The notes beneath the pieces were generated by a model. That model was not told the DNA's origin and made no database searches. It worked only from the letters and a program-made list of their open reading frames with translations. A stretch of 64,000 bases of DNA from Candidatus Poseidoniales archaeon (GTDB lineage: Archaea; Thermoplasmatota; Poseidoniia; Poseidoniales; Poseidoniaceae): NCBI GenBank assembly GCA_038105035.1, contig JAYOBT010000001.1, forward strand, positions 45,385 to 109,384, in the 5' to 3' direction. Position numbers and translations under genes: made by a program. Numbering within the stretch: the first letter of the stretch is position 1; every line of letters begins with the position of its first letter. Of the stretch, positions 37,548 to 46,597 are shown in pieces.

Positions 37548-40500
37548 ATGCCAAAGTTTGGTGTGGTCGGACTGCTGATTCTTCTTTTAGTCCTTCAGCC
37601 CATTTCAGACACGGATTTTCTCGATGAAAAACAACACTTGCAAACTTCAAAAAACAGTGGAATAGATTTGACTGCGACCGATGTATCCATTCGATATTCC
37701 AATCCTAGCGACGAATCACAATACAAAATGTTCTCTTCAAATCATCCGATTTTAGGATTTGATCGACCAGAGAATCTCTATGTCGTAGATTCTGTAAATT
37801 CAACGCCTATGGATATTGAGGTGACGATACGAAACAATGGAAACAGTCCATCGGGTATTGTAACTGTAACATTGTTAATTCTACACAATGAGTATGAGCG
37901 ATTCGAACTTGCTAATCGAAGCATCACGATGAACAGTCTCGCATCCGGTGGCCAAGGGACGGCTACGTTTTACAACGTCTACGTCAACTATTCAGGTAAC
38001 CATTCACTCGTGATTACTCCCTCATTTCAGGGTATTGACGATGACAGTTCGAACGACGCCCTCAATCGACATTATACAGTTGCAACAATGTATTTTACCT
38101 GCACGTCTCTCGTTGGTTGGAATGCTGGACCCTATTGGGGAACGAATACTGATACTGCACTCAGCATGGGTCAATCATGCCACATAGGGCAAGGTCAATC
38201 AAGCAATTATGCCAATAATCTGCAGACCGATCTCATGACGCCCATTATGGACATGAGCGACATTGTGGCAAATCCTACGAGAACAAATGGTCTGACCTTC
38301 TTTTACACTGGAAGTGCACAAACCAATGACAACATGAAGGTCTATGCTCTTGACGCTCAGGGTGCATGGGATGAATTGGCGAACATTGCAGGCACTGTCG
38401 GTGCAACGCTTTCCAATTGGCAGACTATTTCAAACAACCATATGGGGCACACAACACCTCTCATCCCAACCGACGTAAATTCACATTTCCATTCAAATTC
38501 GAGATTTAAATTTACATTTACGAGCGATTCAAGCGGGACCGATATCGGATATTGGTTTGACGACTTCGTCATAGTTTACGACCAAGCGGCCAGAACGGAA
38601 GAGTACAATGTTGACGTTTCAGGTGTTTTCACAGACGGTTCCATACCCGGCTCATGGGGCAAAATACGTTTGGAATTAACCAATACAGGGAACATCAGTG
38701 ATTCACTGGTACCCACAGTACCAAACCTCCCAAGCGACTGGAATATCGCATTTTCATTCCCAAGTGGTGCAGGAGTCAACCCCAATACTGGCGTTCGATT
38801 GCTACCAGGGGAATCGCGTCAGATCGATGTGAAACTACAACCCAGCCCTAATGCAACTGTTGGATTTTTCCCGTTGACATTTGTAGCGAGCAGCTTGCAA
38901 AATCCAAGTTTCTCCGTGCAGGAACAAATGCAATATCAAGTCTCAGCTGATCGTATTCCATTTATTCACATCCCAGAAATGAAGCCGAAATGTGCGCCTG
39001 GTTCATCATGCGCATTTTTCATTGATGTGGAGAATGTAGGTCAGGCAACCGATGTATTTGATTTGGAAACTGCACCCAAATCATTGGATGCAGGCTGGAC
39101 TGTGAGTCTCGCATTTGACCAAACTTCCTCTGTTCGTCTTATTCCAAATCAAATTCAATCGATCAAACTCATCATGACTGTGCCATCAGGAGAAACTCCT
39201 GAAAAAACAGGTGATTTTTGGTTGACAATGACTGCTCAAAACGATACGTCGAGGACACTCACCGAGGCCATTGTAATCCAAGCATCGATGATTTCCAATG
39301 CTTTGATTGAGCTCGATAGAGTTCCGACCGAGAACACAATGTTAACCTCTGGCGAAAGAGTGGAAATTCAATACACGATTACAAATCAGGCCACACGACA
39401 AGATAGTTTCGATTTAGGAGTCGAATTTATCGAAGCGATTGGATGGGATATCGAAGCAGAACAGCGTCCATCAATCGTCATCAATCCTGGTTCAACGGCA
39501 TCATTCTACATTGCCGTAACCGCACCTGCAAACGCCCAAGCCAACGACGTTGCTCCTACATTCAAACCGATTCTTACATCAACCCGGAGCGGAATGCAGT
39601 ACAGTGGGCCAGAATACAGCAACATTGTGATTGAAACTCTGTACGATGTCGAACTCCTTCTCATTGATACGGAATCTGTACTGAAACCGGGTGGTACGAC
39701 AATCATTGAACTGGATGCTGTTAACAATGGTAACGGTCCGACAAGCGCTTCGATTCATCTCGTTGATGCTCCTGCAACGTGGACTTATTCCATACGATTG
39801 GAGGGTGTCATTCAGGAAACCAACAGCGTAGACTTAGGCGTCGTGTATTCTGGCGAAAATTCCATCGCCATGGAGGTCTTGTTGTTCGTACCGATGACAG
39901 AAGCAGCAGGTGAATTCCATACCATCACACTCGAACTTCATCCAGATGGCCAAGATATTGACTTTTCAGATAATGATGTCACAGTCGATATGATAACTGG
40001 TAGTATCAAATATCCTGTACTCAATACATCTGCACATGATTATCACGCCATGGTTGGATCATCTGTGTCTCTCAACAGTAGCATCACAAATGTGGGAAAT
40101 GCATTGGAATCCAGTATGGACCTAGGTTTTGAATTATCAACTTCACCGCCAACAAGCGGTGTAGTTGCATTCCTAACAGCAGGTGTAGGCGGACCTACAT
40201 CTGAATCAGGTGAAGTGTTAACGTTCCCGATGAACGCAGGCTCAACGAAACTGGTTTTTGTTGATGTTGTTGTTGGAGACAATGTTCCGCTCAACACAAG
40301 GATTGTTGTCACCCTCTTTGTCGAGGGAGGTTTGAATGACGAAGGTGAAGTCGTACGCATCGAACATCAGACGCTTATCACGGTCGATGAGCAGCGAAAG
40401 ATTGCAATGGCTCTCTCAACACAAGACAATCGATCCGATTTGGAAGTTGGTGAATTGTGGTTGAACATGACCAGTTCATCCACACAATCAGAAGATCTCA

Positions 40501-41069
40501 CTTATGCAATCGCATATCCTGACAACTGGCAAGTTCTATGCGATGGGACGCTCTTAGCCAACAGTGAAAACAACAACGTTTCGTTACCATACTCACGAAG
40601 TACAGATGCTGTGAAAGACATAAGGTGCGAGATACAGAGACTCGGCGGTCAATATGAGGGTGAAGTTCTTGTCGCTGCGTCCACGTTGGACGGTACGATT
40701 CAATTCACTGATGTGCGAACGTTTAGCTTTGCTCAACCTGCACCCAAAGAATCGTTTTTCTCCAACTCCGTCAATGGACCTACGATGGTTGCATCAGTCC
40801 TTGGAGTCGTTGTTTTGGCAGCGATACTTTTGCTGATTCGAAAACAAAGGGAAGTTGTAGAGGAGGGCGAGGGTTTTGTTGATGGACCTCCCATCACGCA
40901 ACAGCCAGTAGAGCAACAACTTCAGATTCAACCATCGGTGGGGGCTGGACCTACCATATCGAATGATGGCCCTCCTCTACCTGAAGATGGGTTGCCAACG
41001 GGATGGTCGATGGAACAATGGGTCCACTACGGCCAACAATACCTTGACAGATTAGGGAAACAGCCATGA
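37548..41069 (+). CDS. Giant (1173 aa) secreted surface protein with a C-terminal TM anchor
   Basis: Signal-peptide-like N-terminus, repeated beta-sandwich (CARDB/NEW3-like) segments, and a MAM/jelly-roll-like segment (…GWNAGPYWG…LTFFYTG…FKFTFTSD…GYWFDDFVIVYD). There are many sequons, a TM helix near aa 1085 and a ~70-aa cytoplasmic tail. Confidence 0.85.
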   Translation: MPKFGVVGLLILLLVLQPISDTDFLDEKQHLQTSKNSGIDLTATDVSIRYSNPSDESQYKMFSSNHPILGFDRPENLYVVDSVNSTPMDIEVTIRNNGNSPSGIVTVTLLILHNEYERFELANRSITMNSLASGGQGTATFYNVYVNYSGNHSLVITPSFQGIDDDSSNDALNRHYTVATMYFTCTSLVGWNAGPYWGTNTDTALSMGQSCHIGQGQSSNYANNLQTDLMTPIMDMSDIVANPTRTNGLTFFYTGSAQTNDNMKVYALDAQGAWDELANIAGTVGATLSNWQTISNNHMGHTTPLIPTDVNSHFHSNSRFKFTFTSDSSGTDIGYWFDDFVIVYDQAARTEEYNVDVSGVFTDGSIPGSWGKIRLELTNTGNISDSLVPTVPNLPSDWNIAFSFPSGAGVNPNTGVRLLPGESRQIDVKLQPSPNATVGFFPLTFVASSLQNPSFSVQEQMQYQVSADRIPFIHIPEMKPKCAPGSSCAFFIDVENVGQATDVFDLETAPKSLDAGWTVSLAFDQTSSVRLIPNQIQSIKLIMTVPSGETPEKTGDFWLTMTAQNDTSRTLTEAIVIQASMISNALIELDRVPTENTMLTSGERVEIQYTITNQATRQDSFDLGVEFIEAIGWDIEAEQRPSIVINPGSTASFYIAVTAPANAQANDVAPTFKPILTSTRSGMQYSGPEYSNIVIETLYDVELLLIDTESVLKPGGTTIIELDAVNNGNGPTSASIHLVDAPATWTYSIRLEGVIQETNSVDLGVVYSGENSIAMEVLLFVPMTEAAGEFHTITLELHPDGQDIDFSDNDVTVDMITGSIKYPVLNTSAHDYHAMVGSSVSLNSSITNVGNALESSMDLGFELSTSPPTSGVVAFLTAGVGGPTSESGEVLTFPMNAGSTKLVFVDVVVGDNVPLNTRIVVTLFVEGGLNDEGEVVRIEHQTLITVDEQRKIAMALSTQDNRSDLEVGELWLNMTSSSTQSEDLTYAIAYPDNWQVLCDGTLLANSENNNVSLPYSRSTDAVKDIRCEIQRLGGQYEGEVLVAASTLDGTIQFTDVRTFSFAQPAPKESFFSNSVNGPTMVASVLGVVVLAAILLLIRKQREVVEEGEGFVDGPPITQQPVEQQLQIQPSVGAGPTISNDGPPLPEDGLPTGWSMEQWVHYGQQYLDRLGKQP

Positions 41070-41090
41070 TGTGGCCTGAGATGGGACAAC

Positions 41091-41264
41091 ATGGCTCAGG
41101 ACAATCCCATTTGGTATTTCCTTTGGGTCGCCGTTGCATTTTTTGGGATGCTGACATGGTATCTTGACAAATTTAGTAAGCGGCAAGAGTTGGTACGCAT
41201 TTCAGCATTGAGTGGCGTTGTTTCAATGCTCAGTCTCGTACTTTGGACATGGACTGACTTCTGA
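41091..41264 (+). CDS. Candidate 57-aa two-TM small membrane protein (below the ORF-track cutoff)
   Basis: My own translation is MAQDNPIWYFLWVAVAFFGMLTWYLDKFSKRQELVRISALSGVVSMLSLVLWTWTDF*. It ends 8 nt before the next gene, whose SD (GAGGGAT) lies within its 3' end. Confidence 0.35.
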   Translation: MAQDNPIWYFLWVAVAFFGMLTWYLDKFSKRQELVRISALSGVVSMLSLVLWTWTDF

Positions 41265-41272
41265 GGGATTGT

Positions 41273-41767
41273 ATGGAATTAAACGATCTTGAAAACCATC
41301 CACTTGCGAACAAATACCCTGTTCGGCTACCAGTTTGGTGGTGTAGGACAGGAGATGCTGGCCCACATCCATCTGTTGAAGGCTGTACAGGTAAACGGGT
41401 TGTCCTCCGATTTGAGAAAAAGTTTGGTCGAATCGAACGATTGTTTGCGAAACTCATGAGGGCTCCACATGAATTGCGGCGTCCGTTATTGGACAAGAAC
41501 AGTGTTCTTTGGGAATTGTGTAATGGTCATAGAACATTTGCTGAAATTTGTGAACACATGAATGCAACCTTCCACGAGGAGGTTTCTCCAGTCGTCCATC
41601 GAACACACGCAGGAATTCAGGTTTTTATCGGATTGAATGTCATGAGATTTGTTGATCGTATCGAGGATGTGAAGTGGGATACAATCCCTGGGAAAACACC
41701 TGACGGACAGACGCTCATAGACGATCTTGAATTTGAAACAGATACGGAAATACGCAACGGTGACTAG
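41273..41767 (+). CDS. PqqD-like (RiPP-recognition-element-like) protein
   Basis: The core ...VVLRFEKKFG...LLDKNSVLWELCNGHRTFAEICEHMNATFHEEV...VFIGLN resembles the PqqD winged-helix pattern (LD..s..lW.lcDG.rT..EI...l...f). Confidence 0.5.
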   Translation: MELNDLENHPLANKYPVRLPVWWCRTGDAGPHPSVEGCTGKRVVLRFEKKFGRIERLFAKLMRAPHELRRPLLDKNSVLWELCNGHRTFAEICEHMNATFHEEVSPVVHRTHAGIQVFIGLNVMRFVDRIEDVKWDTIPGKTPDGQTLIDDLEFETDTEIRNGD

Positions 41768-42510
41768 GTCACTGGTTCGGATGGCTCCCATACAAGACGG
41801 AGCCCAATGCCATCTTTGCGGTCCTTACGATGCACTCTCCGTCGAGATGAGGATCGTGTAGAATCAGACTCTGTGAACCACGAACCACCTTTAGCAACAT
41901 AGTGTTCCTTAACAATACCAACTGCTATTTGCTTGCCTTCAGAATTTTTGTGAGATGGATTCCACGGATCATTTGTCATCTCATGGACAAGACCATGTAA
42001 ATCATAGAAACCCCAAGGATTAGCTTTTTTTGAGCCAACCTCCCTTGTCGTCGCACCACTGTTCCCAGCGTGCCAACCATGTGCATCTAGCTCAGAATCT
42101 TTGTTGCCAAAAGACCAACGCGATGATGTCCCTGCTTTGGAAACATACTCCCACTCAGATTCTGTTGGAAGTCGCCAGCGACCTGCAAACCCAACATATT
42201 GTTGAGAATCGGAATTAATCCTTTTGAGAAAAACTTGGACATCATCGAATGAAATTGTTTCAACAGGTCGTAATCCAGCACTCCATCCTTCTTGAAATTT
42301 CGATGGATTGTTGTTCATAACTGCTGCCCAATGTGCTTGTGTTACCGGACGGACGCCAAGGAAGAAAGGTTCAGTAATTTGCACAGATACAACAGGCTGC
42401 TCATTCGGATGACCTGAACCGACTTCGTCTCCAAGATTGAAACGACCTGGCTCTACGAGAAGGTATGAGCCTCCGTAGGAATCCTCAAAAGATGGCCGGT
42501 TGATGTTCAT
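41764..42510 (-). CDS. Formylglycine-generating-enzyme (SUMF1/FGE-sulfatase) family protein, no signal peptide
   Basis: RPVTQAHWAAVM, RLPTESEWEYVSKAG, NPWGFYDLHGLVHEMTND, AKGGSW and GLRLV. I placed the start at MNINRPSF. Confidence 0.85.
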   Translation of the reverse strand: MNINRPSFEDSYGGSYLLVEPGRFNLGDEVGSGHPNEQPVVSVQITEPFFLGVRPVTQAHWAAVMNNNPSKFQEGWSAGLRPVETISFDDVQVFLKRINSDSQQYVGFAGRWRLPTESEWEYVSKAGTSSRWSFGNKDSELDAHGWHAGNSGATTREVGSKKANPWGFYDLHGLVHEMTNDPWNPSHKNSEGKQIAVGIVKEHYVAKGGSWFTESDSTRSSSRRRVHRKDRKDGIGLRLVWEPSEPVT

Positions 42511-42514
42511 AGCA

Positions 42515-43066
42515 TCACGAATCGCGGTACATCGCAGCGGTTTTGATAACGGATTCAACCAGAGTCTGGAGTCTCTTATCCATATCGGAATCTACCAAAC
42601 CACCATGTTCATCAAAGGCCTCTTTGACATTTCCTACGGCAAGTTGTTGAGAAACTGGATTCGCATGGAGCCATCTTAGCATAATTCGCATGTGATTGAG
42701 TGTGTTTGAATTGGACATTCCACCAAGTGTTGACATCAAACCGAACACTTTGCCGCCAACGTGCTGTTCGTAGACCCAGTCAAAGGTATTCTTCATGACA
42801 CCAGACATGGTTCCGTGATATTCAGGTGAAGACACCAGGAATGCATCGAAAGACGATGCCATTTCTTGGAATTCTTTGACAATCGGATTCGACCAACATC
42901 CCTCCTCACCTACCAATGGGAGTGGTTTCTCTTGTAAATCCCAATAATGAACTTCCGCACCCATTGCTTCAGCTTTTTTCAAAGCAAGGTCAACCAGCAT
43001 GCCATTCTTCGATTGTCGCCCGATTGATCCGGAGAGACCCATAATTTTGAGAGGAGTATCCGCCAT
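42515..43066 (-). CDS. NAD(P)H-dependent FMN reductase
   Basis: LKIMGLSGSIGRQSKN and FLVSSPEYHGTMSGVMKNTFDW. Only the C-terminal 183 aa of the 323-aa track ORF look genuine. Confidence 0.85.
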   Translation of the reverse strand: MADTPLKIMGLSGSIGRQSKNGMLVDLALKKAEAMGAEVHYWDLQEKPLPLVGEEGCWSNPIVKEFQEMASSFDAFLVSSPEYHGTMSGVMKNTFDWVYEQHVGGKVFGLMSTLGGMSNSNTLNHMRIMLRWLHANPVSQQLAVGNVKEAFDEHGGLVDSDMDKRLQTLVESVIKTAAMYRDS

Positions 43067-43169
43067 GTTTCTTCGAAGTACTGACAATAGATGAATCCAT
43101 TGATTTGTCATGACCACGAAGCAATTATGCTTATACCATAACAGTCTTGCCAAAGAACGGGACAAGCCT

Positions 43170-45485
43170 ATGCGTGCTGAGGACGATGAGATGTCAAATG
43201 CCTTGATGAACGATATGGCAGATGCTCTGCGCTCTGCAGGCCTCGGCTCAATGGTCGGTTCCGAAGATGTTGAATCTGGACCTGAACCAACTTTGGAAAC
43301 GTTCGAAGATGCAGAACAAGAAGGGCCAACAGAATCCGCCAATGAAGAGCCGACAATCGAAGAGCAAGTCCAATCACTCATCGAGGAAGGTGAATACAAA
43401 TCCCGTTCAAACGAACCGCAAGAAGCACTTGTGGCTTTCAACAAAGCGATCGCCTTGGATCCATCAAGCGACATGGCGTGGTTCAATCGAGGAGTTCTGC
43501 TTGAAGCTCAGCAAGATGCACGTGGTGCAAGGCAAGCATTCCAAATTTGTCTCGACCTCAATCCCGATCATGCACCGGCTACAGCGAATCTAGCAATATT
43601 GCTCGATCGAATTGGCGATGATGCAGGTGCAGCTGCCATGGCTAGACGCGGGCTCGAATTTTTCCCAGGTCATCCAAGCCTTACCGATGTTCTTCAGCGT
43701 ACTAAAAGCGCACCTGTTGAAGAGGTGCCGGATGAAATTGAGATGACAGTCACAAAGGCGACCCATCAAGAATCAACCCTCAATGTAGTTATGGAAGAAA
43801 CTGGTATCGAGGACGCAGATGCGATTCTCGCAGAAGCCGCACACCACGATCTCGACGGCGATGGTCACCTTGACAAAGAAGAACTGAAGAGTGCAGCAGG
43901 TATCGTTGCAGCCACACAAATCGTCGAAGAGCAAATCGATGAAACCATCGAAGCAGAGATACAAGAACGCCCTGTCGTAGAAGAAATCAATCTCGATCGA
44001 CTTACGGACGAGGCAACTGAACTCATTCGTCAAGGTGAGCCGAAGAAGGCCCTTGCACTCCTAAAACCACATTTGAAGACCATTGGCGCACAACACGCAG
44101 GAGCATGGCGAATTGCTGGTGGAGCAATGGCTCGAATGGAACTCGATACCCATGCGATTGCTGCCTTGGAACACGCAACGAAACTTGACGAGACTGTTGC
44201 ATCAGGATGGTACAACCTTGGGAGCCTCTATGCTCGAAATGAAAATACAACTGGCGCCAAGGAAGCATTCGAGATGACCGTCGAACTTGACACACGCCAT
44301 ATCAAGGCACGAAGAAAGTTGATTGAATTTGCAAAAGAAGACAACGATGTTGGAACGATATTATCTCATGGGATGGAGATCCTTGAAACTCAAGATGATC
44401 CAGAACTTCGTAATGAAATCGTTCAAACTCTGCTTCGATGTGGGGAAACCGAGGTTGAAGTTCTCGAATACATCACAGGAATTCCACCTACAATGCCAGA
44501 AGCGCCTCAACTCGCACAGTATGCATTGGATCTTCTCAGCCCCGGTGCTTCGATCGACCGTGCTCGAGCTCTTACACTCAAAGGCGAGAACATCGAAGCT
44601 GTAACGGTGTGGAAAGAACTCATTCAGCATGACAAGGAAAATCCGAACCTATGGAGAGGTCTCGCGAAGTCACTTGAAGCGGCTGGAGATCTCGAAACAG
44701 CCCAACGTTGCCACGCTAAGGCACGAGATTTGGAATCGCCAAGTCTTCCACAGGCGCAACTTGAAACGGCTCCCGAACAGCAATTTGAAACACCTCCACC
44801 ACCGCCCACCGCCACACCGCCTCCCGTAGCACCAGAACCACCAACGATGATTCCTCAACCAATTCAAGCACAGCCAGTTGTAGAACCCGCTGTTGTTGAA
44901 GAACAAGTAACAAATGCAGCAAATGATCTTCTCCTCATGCCCTTAGAGCCTGTAAGTAAACCTACCAACCAAGAAGTGAACGTTGAAGTCGATTTGGCGA
45001 AAGCGGCACTCGATGCTACTGCAATGGTTCAAGCAAATCCGATAATTTCAGCAAGTTCGAGTTCAGTTGCAAATCAAGATATTTCATGGTACAATCAAGG
45101 AATTCAATTGATGGAAGACGGAAAGTATAGAGAAGCGCTATCATCTTTTGACCGTGCATTACCATCTTTTGCACATGACAATCAGATGGTCATACGCATT
45201 CTCAATGGCCGTGGAAACGCTTACTACTTCTTAGAAGAATACCCCGCTTGTGTTGAATCCTATCACAAAGCGATGATGATTGACCCGTCGAACGTACGAG
45301 GACAAACGCTCTACAACATGGGAACAGCCTATGCCGAGATGGAACGATTTCCAGACGCTATCAAGTGCTACGAACAGTCGATTCCTCGTGGCCTTTCCGA
45401 TGATGAGGTGAAGAGAGCAAAGGAGCAAATACGTCGTTGCACCATTCTCGAAAAAGAACGAAAGAAGAAACTTTCACGCCGATGA
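43170..45485 (+). CDS. TPR-repeat protein with an acidic N-terminus and a Pro-rich linker
   Basis: Multiple 34-aa TPR-like units (AFNKAIALDPSSDMAWFNRGVLL..., AYYFLEEYPACVESYHKAMMIDPSN...) and a central PPPPTATPPPVAPEPP tract. Confidence 0.8.
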   Translation: MRAEDDEMSNALMNDMADALRSAGLGSMVGSEDVESGPEPTLETFEDAEQEGPTESANEEPTIEEQVQSLIEEGEYKSRSNEPQEALVAFNKAIALDPSSDMAWFNRGVLLEAQQDARGARQAFQICLDLNPDHAPATANLAILLDRIGDDAGAAAMARRGLEFFPGHPSLTDVLQRTKSAPVEEVPDEIEMTVTKATHQESTLNVVMEETGIEDADAILAEAAHHDLDGDGHLDKEELKSAAGIVAATQIVEEQIDETIEAEIQERPVVEEINLDRLTDEATELIRQGEPKKALALLKPHLKTIGAQHAGAWRIAGGAMARMELDTHAIAALEHATKLDETVASGWYNLGSLYARNENTTGAKEAFEMTVELDTRHIKARRKLIEFAKEDNDVGTILSHGMEILETQDDPELRNEIVQTLLRCGETEVEVLEYITGIPPTMPEAPQLAQYALDLLSPGASIDRARALTLKGENIEAVTVWKELIQHDKENPNLWRGLAKSLEAAGDLETAQRCHAKARDLESPSLPQAQLETAPEQQFETPPPPPTATPPPVAPEPPTMIPQPIQAQPVVEPAVVEEQVTNAANDLLLMPLEPVSKPTNQEVNVEVDLAKAALDATAMVQANPIISASSSSVANQDISWYNQGIQLMEDGKYREALSSFDRALPSFAHDNQMVIRILNGRGNAYYFLEEYPACVESYHKAMMIDPSNVRGQTLYNMGTAYAEMERFPDAIKCYEQSIPRGLSDDEVKRAKEQIRRCTILEKERKKKLSRR

Positions 45486-45907
45486 ATCAAGGTCAGATTC
45501 ATAATGGGCCGATGGTTGGGGTTACTATGGACTGTGGAACTTGCGAAACTGCGCCAACAATCGAAGTCATTCAACCGAAGGTTGTTGATGTTGCATTGAC
45601 GATTACTGAAAAGGCAATTGAAATGCTGACTGACGCCTTTGGTGACGATCGAAGCCACGCTCTGTTGGTCGGTGTTCTCTCTGGTGGCTGTTCGGGCTAC
45701 ATGTACGACCTCCAAATTGTTGAATCCACTGACATCGACTGCCAAGAGATCGAAGTTTCTGGCTTCAGAGTACTCGTTCCGAATGCGTCATCTCACCTTC
45801 TCGATGGCATTGAAGTGGATTATGTCGATCGCCTCATGGGTGGTGGATTCAAAATCAACAATCCCAACGCTTCCAGTTCATGCGGTTGCGGAGAATCCTT
45901 TGCTTGA
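45482..45907 (+). CDS. A-type Fe-S cluster carrier (IscA/ErpA/HesB family)
   Basis: LTITEKAIEML, GGCSGYMY, and the C-terminal SSCGCGESF signature. There is an ATGA overlap with the TPR gene stop. Confidence 0.85.
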   Translation: MNQGQIHNGPMVGVTMDCGTCETAPTIEVIQPKVVDVALTITEKAIEMLTDAFGDDRSHALLVGVLSGGCSGYMYDLQIVESTDIDCQEIEVSGFRVLVPNASSHLLDGIEVDYVDRLMGGGFKINNPNASSSCGCGESFA

Positions 45908-45916
45908 GGAACAAAC

Positions 45917-46570
45917 ATGGGCATCATCAAACTCGATGCATACGTTCTCCTCATCTCTGGTCAAGAACGGTATACATTCCTTGATGGTCTATCAACAAAC
46001 AAAATTGACACTTCTTGTAGCACTGTATTTACTACAACCAGTGCAAAAATCATCGATGCTGTTGATGTCATAGAAGTCGGCGATAATCTGGCGGTGGTTG
46101 GCTATGGCCCATACAAAGAGGATGTCTTGGCACACCTACAACCTCGAATACTGCAACAGAATGTTTCGATTCGAGACATAACCCTGCTCAACAATGTGTA
46201 CCTGAGCACAGAACAGCCGGAAGATGAAAAAGGCGTTACTGTGGCTCAATCGTTTTTGGGTACAATCCTTGTAACTTCTGTAAAGAAAGTTCTTGAGGAA
46301 TCAATGACTCTTAATGACTTTACAAATTATCGAACAGCCAACATGATCCCATATCAAGGACATGAAATTACATCAGACGTTCATCCGTTTAACTGTGGAC
46401 TAGAACATCTCGTTCATGAAGCAAAAGGATGCTATATTGGCCAAGAAATTCTCACCCGAATGAGGAGTCGAGGAAAAATGGGTAAACAACTTGTTCACGT
46501 TCCAATTGATGCAGAGGATGCGACTAGCATCGGCTCCGAGTTTGCTCTTGCTATACGCAGACTGCCCTAA
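45917..46570 (+). CDS. Folate-binding YgfZ/GcvT-like protein (IBA57-type Fe-S assembly factor), short form
   Basis: KGCYIGQEILTRMRSRGK matches the KGCYxGQE signature of YgfZ-family proteins. Confidence 0.65.
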   Translation: MGIIKLDAYVLLISGQERYTFLDGLSTNKIDTSCSTVFTTTSAKIIDAVDVIEVGDNLAVVGYGPYKEDVLAHLQPRILQQNVSIRDITLLNNVYLSTEQPEDEKGVTVAQSFLGTILVTSVKKVLEESMTLNDFTNYRTANMIPYQGHEITSDVHPFNCGLEHLVHEAKGCYIGQEILTRMRSRGKMGKQLVHVPIDAEDATSIGSEFALAIRRLP

Positions 46571-46597
46571 ATTCTAGCCGAAAGATTACAAAAACCA

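Noticed and set aside
43067-43486. A 140-aa Ser-rich N-terminal extension of the FMN reductase ORF (the track ORF is 323 aa)
   Set aside because: The flavodoxin-like fold starts at MADTPLKIMGLSG (ATG at 43066). The extension is low-complexity and lies antisense to the 5' end of the TPR gene.
44780-44860. A Pro-rich tract (PPPPTATPPPVAPEPP) in the TPR gene as a possible repeat or recombination hotspot
   Set aside because: It is an in-frame interdomain linker and there is no DNA-level tandem repeat.
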